Part shown: positions 33,806 through 44,112 of the stretch, one piece after another
How positions within the stretch are numbered: the stretch's first letter is position 1
How the letters are laid out: each line of letters opens with the position of its first letter
From: Kofleriaceae bacterium
GTDB taxonomy: Bacteria > Myxococcota_A > Polyangia > Haliangiales > Haliangiaceae
Direction of reading: 5' to 3'
DNA length: 54,034 bases
NCBI GenBank assembly: GCA_046597055.1
Contig: JBKJLC010000008.1
Coordinates: forward strand, 1-54,034
Position numbers and translations under genes: made by a program
The notes under the pieces: model-generated
Database searches by the model: none
What the model was told of the DNA's origin: nothing
What the model saw: the letters and a program-made list of their open reading frames with translations, nothing else

Positions 33806-34996
33806 ATGGCGAGTGGTCCCGCGCTGGTGTACGGAGAGCTGAGCTTTCCGATCCACCGGCTGTGCAACACGGTCGGACGCCGGAATCGCGCCGAGCTCGC
33901 GGTCCCGACCGTCGATCTGACCCCGCTCGACCGCGACCGGGTGGTGTCGCGCCGCCACGCCGAGATCATCCTGCGCAACGGGATCCTGGTCGTGGTCGAC
34001 CTGGGCGCCCGCAACGGGGTGTTCGTCAACGGGGCCCGGCTAGCCGCGGGCGAGGAGCGGCCGCTGAACGAGCGCGACGCGATCAGCTTCGGCGGGGTCG
34101 CGCTCACCTTCGCCCACGACGCGTCCTGGCCCGAGGGCCTGTCGGCCGAGTGGGTGAGCCAGTTCGAGGGCGCCGACGTCACGATCGCCTCGGGCGGCAC
34201 GCTGAGCGGTCAGCTCCACGCCGTGGTCGAGCGCGGCGAGCTGCTGCTGCACTACCAGCCCAAGGTCACGCTCGCGACTGGTCGGCTCGAGTCGGTCGAG
34301 TGTCTGGTGCGCTGGATGCACCCGACCCGGGGCCTGCTCTATCCCGACTCGTTCCTGGCGCTGGCCGAGAGCACCGGCTACATCCGCGCGATGACCACCT
34401 GGGTGCTGGAGGCGGCGATCCTCCAGTGCGCGGCGTGGCGCGGCCAGCACCTCGATCTGCCGGTCGCGGTCAACATCTCGACCCGCGATCTCGAGGACAA
34501 CCGGCTGGCCGGCCGGGTCTCGGCCCTGCTCGGCGCGACCAAGGTCGATCCGTCGCGGGTCATCATCGAGATCACCGAGAGCGGCCTCATGGCCGACCCC
34601 AGGCGCGCGATCGACAACCTGCACGCGCTCAAGAAGATCGGCGTCTCGCTCAGCATCGACGACTTCGGCACCGGCCACTCGTCGCTCGCGTACCTGAAGC
34701 AGCTGCCGGCCGACGAGCTCAAGATCGACAAGTCGTTCACGATGTCGCTCGACGCCAACGGCGTGGCCATCCTGCGCTCGGCGATCAACATGGGTCACGC
34801 CCTCGGCATGAAGGTCACGGCCGAGGGCGTCGAGACCGAGGCCGCGCTCACGCTCCTGACCGAGCTCGGCTGCGACGTCGGTCAGGGCTACTACTTCGGC
34901 CGCCCGACCCAGGCCGACGTGATCGCGGCATCACCGCTGGCCTGTGTGGTCCGCGGCAGCGGCAGCAGCAGCGGCAGCGGCAGCGGCGGCTCCTGA
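33806..34996 (+). CDS. FHA domain + EAL (c-di-GMP phosphodiesterase) protein
   Basis: FHA: VGR...VSRRHAEI...DLGARNGVFVNG. EAL: YQPK, ECLVRW, AVNIS, EITES, DDFGTGHSSL, LKIDKSF, AEGVET, QGYYF. Confidence 0.9.
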   Translation: MASGPALVYGELSFPIHRLCNTVGRRNRAELAVPTVDLTPLDRDRVVSRRHAEIILRNGILVVVDLGARNGVFVNGARLAAGEERPLNERDAISFGGVALTFAHDASWPEGLSAEWVSQFEGADVTIASGGTLSGQLHAVVERGELLLHYQPKVTLATGRLESVECLVRWMHPTRGLLYPDSFLALAESTGYIRAMTTWVLEAAILQCAAWRGQHLDLPVAVNISTRDLEDNRLAGRVSALLGATKVDPSRVIIEITESGLMADPRRAIDNLHALKKIGVSLSIDDFGTGHSSLAYLKQLPADELKIDKSFTMSLDANGVAILRSAINMGHALGMKVTAEGVETEAALTLLTELGCDVGQGYYFGRPTQADVIAASPLACVVRGSGSSSGSGSGGS

Positions 34997-35003
34997 TCCG
35001 CGA

Positions 35004-36365
35004 TCACAGCCGGGCCCAGCGCGCCGGGTCGTCGTCGAAGATCGTCATCACCTCGGCGATCATCTCGTCGTAGCTGCCGAACCGCGACGGTTCGTAGCAA
35101 CCGAGCGGGTGCTCGAGCACGTTGATGAGGCACCGGTTGCAGTAGGTGCACGGCCGATCCGGCAGATCCTTGCCGGCCGCGAACGCGTGCATCAGATCGG
35201 GGTTCGCGATCAGCGGGCGCGCGATGGTCACGCCGTCGCACGAGCCGTCGCCGATCACCTGGCGGATGTACGACGCGGTCTGGAAGCCGCCGGTCACGAG
35301 CACCGGGATCGTGACCGCCTGCTTGATCGCGCGGGCGTCGGGGACGGTGATGCCCTCGACCACGTCGCCCTTGGTGCGGTTCCACAGGTAGCGCGCGATC
35401 GGCTGCAGCGCGCGGAAGTGGAACAGGAGGAAGTTCCGGAACGTGTGATCGCCCTCGCCCATCATCGACGGGTAGGTCCGCTCGACCGCGTCGAGCGGGA
35501 AGCCGCCGGGTGGATTGCGCGGGTGCGGGAACATGCTCCCGGTCGACACGTGGAGCGCGTCGGCGCCGGCCGCCTCGACCCAGCCCGCGACCTGGACGCT
35601 GTCCGCGAGCGTGGTGCCCTTGCGCTCCCAGAACGTGACCGCGCCGTGGTGGTCGACCGCGCTCAGCTTCACGCCCAGAAAGAAGTCGGCGCCGACCTCG
35701 CGGCGAATCGCGGCGATGACCTCGAGCAGGAAACGGGCGCGGTTCTCGAGCGTGCCACCGTAGTCGTCGTCGCGATCGTTGATCGCCGGCGACAGGAACT
35801 GGGTGAACAGGTAGCCGTTGGCGGCGTGGAGCTCGACGCCGTCGAGCCCGGCGTCCCGGGCCCGGCGCGCGCCGTCGGCGAACTGCTGGATGGTCTCGCC
35901 GATCTGGGCCCGCGTCATCGGCTCGGGATCGAAGCCGTGGAATTGCTCGCGGCGACCGGTCGCGCTGAGCGGCGGGCGGCCCAGGTTCTCGATCCCGGCG
36001 ATGTCCTGCTGCCGGCCGGCGTGCGAGAGCTGCAGGATGTACTTGCAGTCGTGCCGGTGGACCGCCTCGCCGAGCGCGCGCCAGAACGGGATGCGCGCGT
36101 CGCTGTCGATGAACGCGTAGTTCGGCAGGATGCGCCCCCGCACGTGCACCGGCGCATGGGACGAGATGATCGCCCCGACCCCGCCACGGGCAAACTTCAC
36201 CTCCCACCGGATGCGGGCCGGCGTCCCCGAGCCATCGTAGTTGTCGATGCGGCCCGAGATGCTCGAGCGCAGCACGCGGTTCTTGACCGTGAGGTTCCGG
36301 AACCGCAGCGGTGTGAAGAGGATGTCCCGACCCGACCCGACGCCCTGTCCCTCGCCCTTGTCCAC
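35004..36365 (-). CDS. NADH:flavin oxidoreductase (Old Yellow Enzyme family)
   Basis: LFTPLRF...VKNR, QLSHAGRQ, DGVELHAANGYLFTQFLSP, YGGTLENRARF, ARPLIANPD, C-terminal CTYCNRC. Confidence 0.92.
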   Translation of the reverse strand: MDKGEGQGVGSGRDILFTPLRFRNLTVKNRVLRSSISGRIDNYDGSGTPARIRWEVKFARGGVGAIISSHAPVHVRGRILPNYAFIDSDARIPFWRALGEAVHRHDCKYILQLSHAGRQQDIAGIENLGRPPLSATGRREQFHGFDPEPMTRAQIGETIQQFADGARRARDAGLDGVELHAANGYLFTQFLSPAINDRDDDYGGTLENRARFLLEVIAAIRREVGADFFLGVKLSAVDHHGAVTFWERKGTTLADSVQVAGWVEAAGADALHVSTGSMFPHPRNPPGGFPLDAVERTYPSMMGEGDHTFRNFLLFHFRALQPIARYLWNRTKGDVVEGITVPDARAIKQAVTIPVLVTGGFQTASYIRQVIGDGSCDGVTIARPLIANPDLMHAFAAGKDLPDRPCTYCNRCLINVLEHPLGCYEPSRFGSYDEMIAEVMTIFDDDPARWARL

Positions 36366-36371
36366 GAGCCA

Positions 36372-36404
36372 AATGTACGCCCATGCCCACACCGGTGGTA
36401 CTCT
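36372..36404. promoter_or_regulatory. Back-to-back -10 elements for two divergent, near-leaderless genes
   Basis: TACATT (minus, 36372-36377) 6 nt before GTG 36365; TG-G-TACTCT (plus, 36399-36404) 9 nt before GTG 36414. Confidence 0.5.
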
Positions 36405-36413
36405 TCGCAGGTC

Positions 36414-39400
36414 GTGGAGTTCGGGGGAACGGAGAGATTCCAGCTGGTGCGCCGGCTCGGGGCCGGCGGGATGGGCGTCGTCTACGAGGCGATCGATCGC
36501 GACCACGAGACCCGGGTCGCGCTGAAGACCCTCCGGACCTGGACCGCCGACTCGTTCCTCCGGTTCAAGGCCGAGTTCCGGGCGCTCCAGGATCTGCACC
36601 ATCCCAACCTGGTGAGCCTGGGCGAGCTGCTGGAGGAGCACGGCACCTGGTTCTTCACGATGGAGCTGGTCGAGGGCGCGCCGTTCCTGTCGTGGGTCTG
36701 CAGCCGCTCGGTGGTCGAGCCAATCGGCGGCGAGGTCGACCTCAGCGAGGGGGTGACCGCGGGGGAACCCACCGTCGGCTCGGGCAACGCGCCGACCGGC
36801 GACATGCCACCGGGCACCCTGGCCCGGCTCGCCGCCGCGAGCAGCTCGATGCCGCCGTGGCCGGTGGCCCACGAGGGGCGCCTGCGCGCGGCGCTGGCCC
36901 AGCTCGCCCAGGGGCTGTGCGTGCTGCACCGCGCGCACAAGGTCCATCGCGACATCAAGCCGGCCAACGTGCTCATCACCCGTGACGGCCAGGTGAAGAT
37001 CCTCGACTTCGGCCTGGTGATCGACCCGTCGCGCCAGCCGTGGCCGGAGGATGAGCTGGTCGGGACCGCGGCGTACATGGCGCCCGAGCAGGCCACCACG
37101 CAGCGGGTGGGGCCCGAGGCCGACTGGTACAGCGTCGGCGTCGTGCTGTACCAGGCGCTGACCGGTCGGCTGCCGTTCTACGGCCCGCTCGAGCGGCTGA
37201 TCGAGCTCAAGCAGGCCGGCGAGCCGCCGGCGCCGCACGTGCTGTGTCCGTCGGTGCCGGTCGATCTCGACGAGCTGTGCGTCGACCTGCTCCGGGTCGA
37301 ACCGGGCCGGCGCCCGTGCGGCGCCGAGGTGCTGCGACGCCTGCACGTCGACGATCGAGCCAGCCTGGCCAGCGCCCCGCCCGAGCACTTCGTCGGGCGC
37401 CGGCGCGAGCTGGTCGTGCTCGACGACGGCTTCGCGGCCAGCCGCCAGGTCACGGTCACGCTCCTGGTCCACGGGGAGTCGGGGGTCGGCAAGAGCGCGC
37501 TGGTCGATCGCTTCGTCGAGCGGCTGCGGCGCGCGAACGAGGCGGTGGTGTGCGCCGGGCGCTGCCACGAGCGCGAGTCGGTGCCGTACAAGGCGGTCGA
37601 CGGCGTGATCGACGCGATCAGCCGTCGGCTGACCGCGCTGCCGGCCGCGGCCGCGGCCGCGGTCCTGCCCGACGAGATCGGGCTGCTCGGCCAGATGTTC
37701 CCGGTGATGAAGCGGCTCGAGGCGGTCGCCAAGGCGCCGGCCCGCGACCTCGAGGCGGTCGACCCGCAGGAGCTGCGCCGGCGGGTGTTCGCGATCCTGC
37801 GCGAGCTGCTGGCCCGGCTGGCCCGGCGCGAGCCGCTGGTGCTGGTGATCGACGATCTGCAGTGGGCCGACGCCGACAGCTTGGCCCTGCTCGCCGAGGT
37901 GCTCCACCCGCCCGACGCGCCGCCGCTGCTGCTGCTCGCGACCCTGCGGCCGACCCTCGACGGCGAGGCCGGGGCGCGCAGCGTGCGCGAGCTCGCCGCG
38001 CGCCTGCCCGGCGACGTGCGTTTGCTCGCGATCGAGAGCCTGCCCCCGGCCGACGCGCTGGCGCTGGTCGAGCTGCTGGCCGGCGACGCGGTCGCCGGCG
38101 CGGGCGGCCCCGATGGCCCCGACGGCGCGCACGCGATCGATCGCGAGGCGATCGCACGCGAGGCCGGCGGCCACCCGCTGTTCATCCAGGAGCTGATCCG
38201 CGGCGGCGCCACGCCCGGCCAGGCACGGCCGATCCGGCTCGAGGATGCGCTGTGGTCGCGGGTGGCCCGGCTCGACCACGGCGCCCGCGATCTGCTCGAG
38301 CTGATCGCGCTCGCTGGCGCGCCGGTGGCTCACGAGACCGCGGCCCGCGCGCTCGGCATCGAGCTGGGCGGGTTCCTCCACCAGGTCACCCGGCTGCGCG
38401 CCGACCACCTGGTCAAGACCAGCGGGCCGCGCCGCACCGACGCGGTCGAGCCGTATCACGACCGCGTCCGCAGCGCGGTGCTGGTCAACCTCGACGAGCC
38501 CAGCCGCCGGCGCGGGCACCAGCGGCTGGCGACCGCGCTCGAGGTCTCGCACCACATCGATCCCGAGGCGCTCGCCACCCACTGGCGAGGCGCCGGCGAC
38601 GCGCAGCGGGCGGCGATCTACGCGGCGCGCGCCGCCGAGGACGCGGCGGAGGCGCTCGCGTTCGATCGCGCCGCCCGCCTGTACCGGCTGGCGCTCGAGC
38701 TGCGCGCGGGTCCGGGCAGCACCCCCACCGCGCTCGACCGGATGGAGGCGATGCGGCTGTCGGCGCGGCTCGGCGACGCGCTCACCAATGCCGGCCGGGG
38801 CGCCGAGGCGGCCGCCGCCTACCTGGCCGCGGCGTCGTCGGCCGGCGCCGCCGACGCGCTCGACCTACGCCGGCGCGCCGCCGAGCAGCTCCTGCGCAGC
38901 GGCCACATCGACGCCGGCCTGGAGGCGGTGCGCTCGGTCCTGGCCGCGGTCGGGATGAAGCTGCCGCGCAGCCCGCGGACCGCGCTGGTGTCGCTGCTCG
39001 CCTGTCGGGCCCGGGTCCGGCTGCACGGCCTCGGCTACGTCAAGCGCGAGGAGGCCGCGGTGCCCGCCGACCAGCTGCTGCGGATCGACGCCTGCTGGGC
39101 GGTCGGCGCCGGCCTGGCGCTGGTCGACAACGTGCGCGGGTCCTGCTTCCAGGCGCGCGGGCTGCTGTACGCGCTGGCCGCCGGCGAGCCGTTCCGGATC
39201 GCGCGCGCGCTGGCGGCCGAGGCCTGCTTCTCGTCGAGCGCCGGCGGCCCGAGCCATCGCCGCACGCACCGGCTGCTGGCGGCGTCCGAGCGGCTGGCGC
39301 ACGAGGTGGGCCATCCCTACGTGCTGGCGTGGGCGGCGAGCGCGGCCGGGGTCACCGCCGCGCTCGAGGGCCGCTGGCCGACCGCGCTCGAGCGCTGCGA

Positions 39401-40226
39401 GGTCAGCGAGGCGCTCTTTCGCGACCACTGCGTCGGGGTCGCGTGGGAGCTGGCGATCATGCGCTGGTTCTCGCTGTGGTCGCTCGCCTACCGCGGCGAC
39501 CTCGCCGAGCTGGCGCGCCGGGTCCCGCTGCGGATCGCCGACGCCGCCGGCCGCGGTGACCTGCACGCCGAGATCGGTCACTCGACCGGCCTCGCCAACC
39601 TGGTGTGGCTGGCCAGCGACGATGCCGAGCAGGCCCGCCGCCGGGGCGACGACGCGATGGCGCGCTGGTCGCACAAGACCTTTCACGTCGAGCACTGGTG
39701 GAACCTGCTCGGTCAGACCCAGGTCGATCTCTATCGCGGCGATGGCGCGGAGGCGTACGCGCGGGTCACCCGCGGGTGGCCGGACCTCAAGCGCTCGCTG
39801 CTGCTGATGGTCCAGCTCACCCGGCTGGAGGCAACCCACCTGCGCGCCCGCGCCGCGATCCAGGCGGCCCGGGCCGCGGGCGGCGATCGGGACCGGCTGC
39901 TCGCCGCGGCGCAGCGCGACGCCCGTCGGATCGCGCATGAGCACATGCCGTGGTCGACCCCGCTGGCGCGGCTGATCGAGGCCGGGGTCGCCGCCGCGCG
40001 CGACGATCAGGCGCGTGCGCACGCGCTCCTCGCCGGCGCGGTGCCCGGGCTCGAGGCGGCCGGGATGGCGCTGTACGCGGTGGCGGCGCGGCGGTGCCAG
40101 GGGCGGCTCGAGGGCGGCGACGCCGGCAGCGTGCTGGTGGCCGAGGCCGAGGCCTGGCTGCGCCGCCAGGGCGTCACCGAGCCGGCCCGCATGGTCGACA
40201 TGCTGGTCCCCGGCTTCGCCGACTGA
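36414..40226 (+). CDS. Ser/Thr kinase + AAA/STAND ATPase + TPR-like helical domain
   Basis: [67 protein letters not shown]. Confidence 0.92.
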   Translation: MEFGGTERFQLVRRLGAGGMGVVYEAIDRDHETRVALKTLRTWTADSFLRFKAEFRALQDLHHPNLVSLGELLEEHGTWFFTMELVEGAPFLSWVCSRSVVEPIGGEVDLSEGVTAGEPTVGSGNAPTGDMPPGTLARLAAASSSMPPWPVAHEGRLRAALAQLAQGLCVLHRAHKVHRDIKPANVLITRDGQVKILDFGLVIDPSRQPWPEDELVGTAAYMAPEQATTQRVGPEADWYSVGVVLYQALTGRLPFYGPLERLIELKQAGEPPAPHVLCPSVPVDLDELCVDLLRVEPGRRPCGAEVLRRLHVDDRASLASAPPEHFVGRRRELVVLDDGFAASRQVTVTLLVHGESGVGKSALVDRFVERLRRANEAVVCAGRCHERESVPYKAVDGVIDAISRRLTALPAAAAAAVLPDEIGLLGQMFPVMKRLEAVAKAPARDLEAVDPQELRRRVFAILRELLARLARREPLVLVIDDLQWADADSLALLAEVLHPPDAPPLLLLATLRPTLDGEAGARSVRELAARLPGDVRLLAIESLPPADALALVELLAGDAVAGAGGPDGPDGAHAIDREAIAREAGGHPLFIQELIRGGATPGQARPIRLEDALWSRVARLDHGARDLLELIALAGAPVAHETAARALGIELGGFLHQVTRLRADHLVKTSGPRRTDAVEPYHDRVRSAVLVNLDEPSRRRGHQRLATALEVSHHIDPEALATHWRGAGDAQRAAIYAARAAEDAAEALAFDRAARLYRLALELRAGPGSTPTALDRMEAMRLSARLGDALTNAGRGAEAAAAYLAAASSAGAADALDLRRRAAEQLLRSGHIDAGLEAVRSVLAAVGMKLPRSPRTALVSLLACRARVRLHGLGYVKREEAAVPADQLLRIDACWAVGAGLALVDNVRGSCFQARGLLYALAAGEPFRIARALAAEACFSSSAGGPSHRRTHRLLAASERLAHEVGHPYVLAWAASAAGVTAALEGRWPTALERCEVSEALFRDHCVGVAWELAIMRWFSLWSLAYRGDLAELARRVPLRIADAAGRGDLHAEIGHSTGLANLVWLASDDAEQARRRGDDAMARWSHKTFHVEHWWNLLGQTQVDLYRGDGAEAYARVTRGWPDLKRSLLLMVQLTRLEATHLRARAAIQAARAAGGDRDRLLAAAQRDARRIAHEHMPWSTPLARLIEAGVAAARDDQARAHALLAGAVPGLEAAGMALYAVAARRCQGRLEGGDAGSVLVAEAEAWLRRQGVTEPARMVDMLVPGFAD

Positions 40227-40233
40227 TCGACGC

Positions 40234-41019
40234 TCAGTTGCGGAACGAGAGCGCGAGCGTGGGCAGCGGGATCCCGCCGCCATCCGCCGCGAGCACCGCC
40301 AGCCCGGCGTCGAACGAGACGTGGCGGCGGGACCAGCGGGCCCCACCGTAGGCGAACAGCGCGACGTGCTCGTCGAGGTAGGTCGCCGAGGCCTCGGCGA
40401 TGAAGCGAAGGCCGCCGCGCCCGGCGCTCAGCCCGACTCCACCGAGGGCCGTGCGACGCTCGCCGCCGGCGACGTCAGCGCCCAGCGCGAGGTGGCCGCT
40501 GATGATCGTCCCGCAAGCCGGATCGGCGCAGGTGGTCGCCACCACCCCGGCGGTACCGCTGACCAGGACCGGGTGCCGAGTCCCGTAGCTGGGGGAGAAG
40601 TCGTCGCGCTCGAGGTAGCCGGCGCGGCGGTACACGCTGGCCATCAGCGCGACCGCGGCCCGGTCCGAGCGCAGGATCTGGAGCTTGGCGTGGGCGAAGC
40701 CGATCCGGTCCGGACTGCTGCCCTCGTCCTCGATGACGACCCAGGCCGCGCCACCGACGCCGAGCTCGAGGCGATCCGAGATCGCGAGGGTCGCACCGAG
40801 GGTGCCACCGAGCGCGACCGGCAGGATCGCGGCGCGCGCGGTGGCGGTGACCTTGCCGGCTTCCCCGACCACCGCGGTCGGCGCGATGTAGGTGCGGCCG
40901 GCGGCGGCATCGGCGTCGCGCTGCTCGAGGAGGTTGGTTGGCAGGACGTCGGCAAGCGCCGGCACGGCGGTGGCGAGGACGACGAGGAGCAGGAGCGCGG
41001 CGCGGAGGAGCGGTGACAC
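40234..41019 (-). CDS. Secreted / probable outer-membrane beta-strand protein
   Basis: Signal peptide ending ALA, alternating amphipathic strands, C-terminal LALSFRN. Confidence 0.65.
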   Translation of the reverse strand: MSPLLRAALLLLVVLATAVPALADVLPTNLLEQRDADAAAGRTYIAPTAVVGEAGKVTATARAAILPVALGGTLGATLAISDRLELGVGGAAWVVIEDEGSSPDRIGFAHAKLQILRSDRAAVALMASVYRRAGYLERDDFSPSYGTRHPVLVSGTAGVVATTCADPACGTIISGHLALGADVAGGERRTALGGVGLSAGRGGLRFIAEASATYLDEHVALFAYGGARWSRRHVSFDAGLAVLAADGGGIPLPTLALSFRN

Positions 41020-41181
41020 GCGACCGAGCAGAGCAACCGACGTGCCGGCGCGATCACGGCGGCAGGCTCGCGAAAGCACGCGGCGCCCGCGGGCGCGCGA
41101 CCGCGGCGGTGTCGAACCACGCGACAGCTCGTCGTCAGCTCGACACCCGACTCACCAGGTTGGCGCGCGGTGGTCCGGCAA

Positions 41182-41823
41182 CTACCGCGGGGTGCCGTCG
41201 ACGAGCTGGAAGCAGCGCTCGCGCGCGCCGACCGTCTCGGCTCGACCGCCGACCGCCGGCTGGTCGTCGAGGAGCTCCACGTCGGCGCCCTGGTAGAGCT
41301 GGCGCAGCTCGTCGGCGTGGACCGAGAACGGTGGGCCCTCCAGCTGCGCCTGCGGGTACTCGAGGGTGACGACCAGGCCCCGCCAGGCCGGCGCCAGCAG
41401 CGCGCGCAGGTGGGCGACGTAGCGCGTGCGCAGCGGCGGCGGCAGCGCGATCAGCGCGGCGCGATCGTAGAAGCCATCGACCCGACCGAGCAGCTCGGTC
41501 GTGGTCGCGAACATGTCGCCGGTCAGGATCGTGATCGCGCCGGCGGAGTACGCGGTGAACGGGCCGCGTGCCTCGACCGTGGGCGTGACCTCGTGCTCGA
41601 CGAAGAAGGCGCGGACCGCGTCCTCGACCAGCTCGACGCCGGTCACGTGGTGACCGCGGCCGGCGAGGTACGCGAGGTCGGCGGACTTGCCACACAGCGG
41701 CACCAGCAGGCGCTGTGCGGGGGCCAGGCGCTCGGCGAAGCGCACCAGGTAGTCGTGGGGGTGGCCCTGATGAAAGCCGATGCGGCCCTGGGCCCAGGTG
41801 TCGATCCAGAAGGCGGCGTCCAT
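41182..41823 (-). CDS. tpm: Thiopurine S-methyltransferase
   Basis: FW..W..GRIGFH, LVPLCGKS.D, GVEL, YDRAALIALPP, GPPFSV. Confidence 0.95.
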   Translation of the reverse strand: MDAAFWIDTWAQGRIGFHQGHPHDYLVRFAERLAPAQRLLVPLCGKSADLAYLAGRGHHVTGVELVEDAVRAFFVEHEVTPTVEARGPFTAYSAGAITILTGDMFATTTELLGRVDGFYDRAALIALPPPLRTRYVAHLRALLAPAWRGLVVTLEYPQAQLEGPPFSVHADELRQLYQGADVELLDDQPAVGGRAETVGARERCFQLVDGTPR

Positions 41824-41834
41824 GGCCGCGAAGG

Positions 41835-43274
41835 CTAGCTCGCGGCCGGGCCCGAGGGGCTCACGAAGGTGCCGTGGAACGTCATCGGCACGTGGTGATC
41901 GAACCAGGCGCGTGCCACCGGGCCGTCACCGAGGCGGAGCCCATCGAGGATCGCCAGTGACGAGCGCGCGGTCCGGTGATCGTAGACCAGCGTGAGCACC
42001 CAGCCATCGGCCTCGTCGTTGCTCCCACGCGGCACGAACACCGGCTCCGAGATCACCTCGTCGGCCTCGAACCGGTACTCGCGGTGCGCCCCGTCGGCGC
42101 GGTGCGCGAGCACGGTCTGCAGGCCGTCGGCGGCCAGCCAGGTCACGTCATGAGGGGCGCCCTCGTGGGTGGGGTGGACGCGGGGAAACTCGACCGCGCG
42201 ATCGAGCCGCGCCTCGCTGGTGAAGCGTCGGCCGGCGAGGTCGAGCGTCGCGCGGTGCAGCTCGCCACCGAGCGGCGCCGCCGAGGCGGTGGTCCCGCGG
42301 GCCAGGGTCTTGAACGACCCGAAGTCCGGGTAGCGCACGTAGTCGACCACCAGCTCGGCGCCGCGCTCGAACGCGTTGGCGAAGTGCCACTGGTAGAACG
42401 CGTCGACGCCGAAGCGGGTCACCCGGGTCGGCTCGTCGATCGGCACCACGATGATCTCGGTGCCACGCGCCGGCTGCCAGCGGAACAGGTCCTCGAAGCC
42501 GCCGAGCTGCAGCAGCATGCGCGGGACGTGGACCGCGGCCGGCGACACGAAGAACACCAGGTGGCGCGCGGTCGCGATGAAGTCGTGCAGCATCGGCGCG
42601 AAGCCGAGGTCGACCGCGCCCAGCCGGCGCGCCGGGCCCACGTCGGGCAGCTCGTAGAGCGCGATCCGGGTCCGCCGACCGTACTCGACGCCGAAGTTGT
42701 AGCTGGCCCGCCGCGCCGCGACCCGGTGCGGGTGCGCCGAGAAGGCGGCGCCGATCACGCCGAGATCGGTCTCGCCGACGGTGGCCAGGTCGGCCCCGTC
42801 GATCGACAGCTCGGTCGGCCGGGCCGCCTCCATCAGCGCCAGCACCCGGCCCTGCCAGGTCACGATGCTGGTGTTCGCGGTGTTCTTCTGGCGGCCGTGC
42901 CTCACGTTGGCGAGCCGCTGCCGCCAGGGCAGCGCGCTGCCGTACAGCATGCGCCCGGCGGCCTGCTCGGCGGCCCGGCCGGTGCTGGCGGTCAGCCGGC
43001 ACGCGCCCAGCGCGCGCGCGCCATCGAGCCGGATCGCGGTGACCAGCCCGTCGGCCTCGAAGCTGTGGCCGATGCGGCGCCCGAAAATCTCGAACTGGCC
43101 GGGCCCGTTGCGCAGCAGGGTCCCGCGCAGGTCGGGCGGCAGCCGGCCGTCGACGCGCAGCGGCTCGAAGCCGTGCTCGCGCGGGATCGACTGCGTCAGC
43201 AGCTTGCGCTCGATGCGGTCGCGGAGGGCCTGATCGACCGGGGCGGGGACGCGAAGGGCGCTTGATGTGAGCAT
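41835..43274 (-). CDS. Carotenoid oxygenase (RPE65/CCD) family dioxygenase
   Basis: GTLLRNGPG, HSFEADG, NTANT, SAHP, MLHDF, WHFANAFE, EFPR, SEPVFVPR, FHGTF (four Fe-binding His). Confidence 0.92.
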   Translation of the reverse strand: MLTSSALRVPAPVDQALRDRIERKLLTQSIPREHGFEPLRVDGRLPPDLRGTLLRNGPGQFEIFGRRIGHSFEADGLVTAIRLDGARALGACRLTASTGRAAEQAAGRMLYGSALPWRQRLANVRHGRQKNTANTSIVTWQGRVLALMEAARPTELSIDGADLATVGETDLGVIGAAFSAHPHRVAARRASYNFGVEYGRRTRIALYELPDVGPARRLGAVDLGFAPMLHDFIATARHLVFFVSPAAVHVPRMLLQLGGFEDLFRWQPARGTEIIVVPIDEPTRVTRFGVDAFYQWHFANAFERGAELVVDYVRYPDFGSFKTLARGTTASAAPLGGELHRATLDLAGRRFTSEARLDRAVEFPRVHPTHEGAPHDVTWLAADGLQTVLAHRADGAHREYRFEADEVISEPVFVPRGSNDEADGWVLTLVYDHRTARSSLAILDGLRLGDGPVARAWFDHHVPMTFHGTFVSPSGPAAS

Positions 43275-43336
43275 CGATTACATCGATACGCCCACGCTGG
43301 CTTGACCGCAAGCCCGAAAGTAATCACTGTTCACTT
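43265..43336. promoter_or_regulatory. Pair of TetR operators and tetR promoter
   Basis: Imperfect palindromes ATGTGAGCATCGATTACAT (43265-43283) and AAGTAATCACTGTTCACTT (43318-43336); TTGACC-N17-CACTGT 7 nt before GTG 43338. Confidence 0.6.
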
Positions 43337-43337
43337 C

Positions 43338-43979
43338 GTGCCCGCGCGCCCGGTCAAGCCCTCGAAGCCACGGGCACCGAAGCCGCCGGTGCGGCGCTAT
43401 CACCATGGTGATCTGGCGCAGGCCCTGCGCGATGCGGCGCTGGCGGCGATCGCGACCGACGGGCCCGACCAGCTCAACCTGCGAGACCTGGCCCGACGGC
43501 TCGGCGTCTCACCGGGCGCGCCCTACCGCCACTACGCCGACAAGGACGCGCTGCTGCGCGCGGTCGGCGCCGAGATCGCCGCCCGGTTCGAGGCCGAGGT
43601 CGCGCGCGCCCGCGCCGAGGCGGCGTCCGACGCGATCTCGCAGTTCCGCGCGATCGGCATCGCCAACGTCCGGTTCGCGGTCCGCTACCCGGCCCACTTC
43701 CGGGTGATGTACACGCCGGGGGTCCTCGACGACGTGGCCGCCGCGCAGACCGCCGGCGAGCGCGCGATGCTCGAGGAGGCCCAGGCCCGTGGCGAGCTGG
43801 TCGGGCTGCCGGTCGAGGACATCGCGCTGGCCGCCGGCAGCCTGATCTACGGCCTGTCGCGCATGATCGTCGACGGCTTGTTGCCGGGCCCGCCGGTCAC
43901 GCCGGCCCGGGCCGACGCGCTCGCGATCGCGGTGACCAGCGTGTTCGGCCACGGCATCCTGCCGCGCCCGACGCCGTGA
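43338..43979 (+). CDS. TetR/AcrR-family transcriptional regulator
   Basis: YHHGDL, LNLRDLARRLGVSPGAPYRHY.DKDALL; WHG-like C-terminus (IYGLS). Confidence 0.93.
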   Translation: MPARPVKPSKPRAPKPPVRRYHHGDLAQALRDAALAAIATDGPDQLNLRDLARRLGVSPGAPYRHYADKDALLRAVGAEIAARFEAEVARARAEAASDAISQFRAIGIANVRFAVRYPAHFRVMYTPGVLDDVAAAQTAGERAMLEEAQARGELVGLPVEDIALAAGSLIYGLSRMIVDGLLPGPPVTPARADALAIAVTSVFGHGILPRPTP

Positions 43980-44112
43980 CGCGGGTGCGCGGCGGCGGCA
44001 CCGTCGAGCCCGAACCTGCGGTCGGCGTGGTCCGTGGTTGACAGCGGCCACCGCACGCGGCAAGTCTGCCCGCAATCTCGTGGATCCTTCAGGACCTGCA
44101 GCGCCACCGCCG

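Noticed and set aside
34944..38582. Giant overlapping ORFs 34944..40226 (+) and 35004..38582 (-)
   Set aside because: Each is a real gene extended by the antisense shadow of its divergent neighbour; the true starts are about 36414 and 36365.
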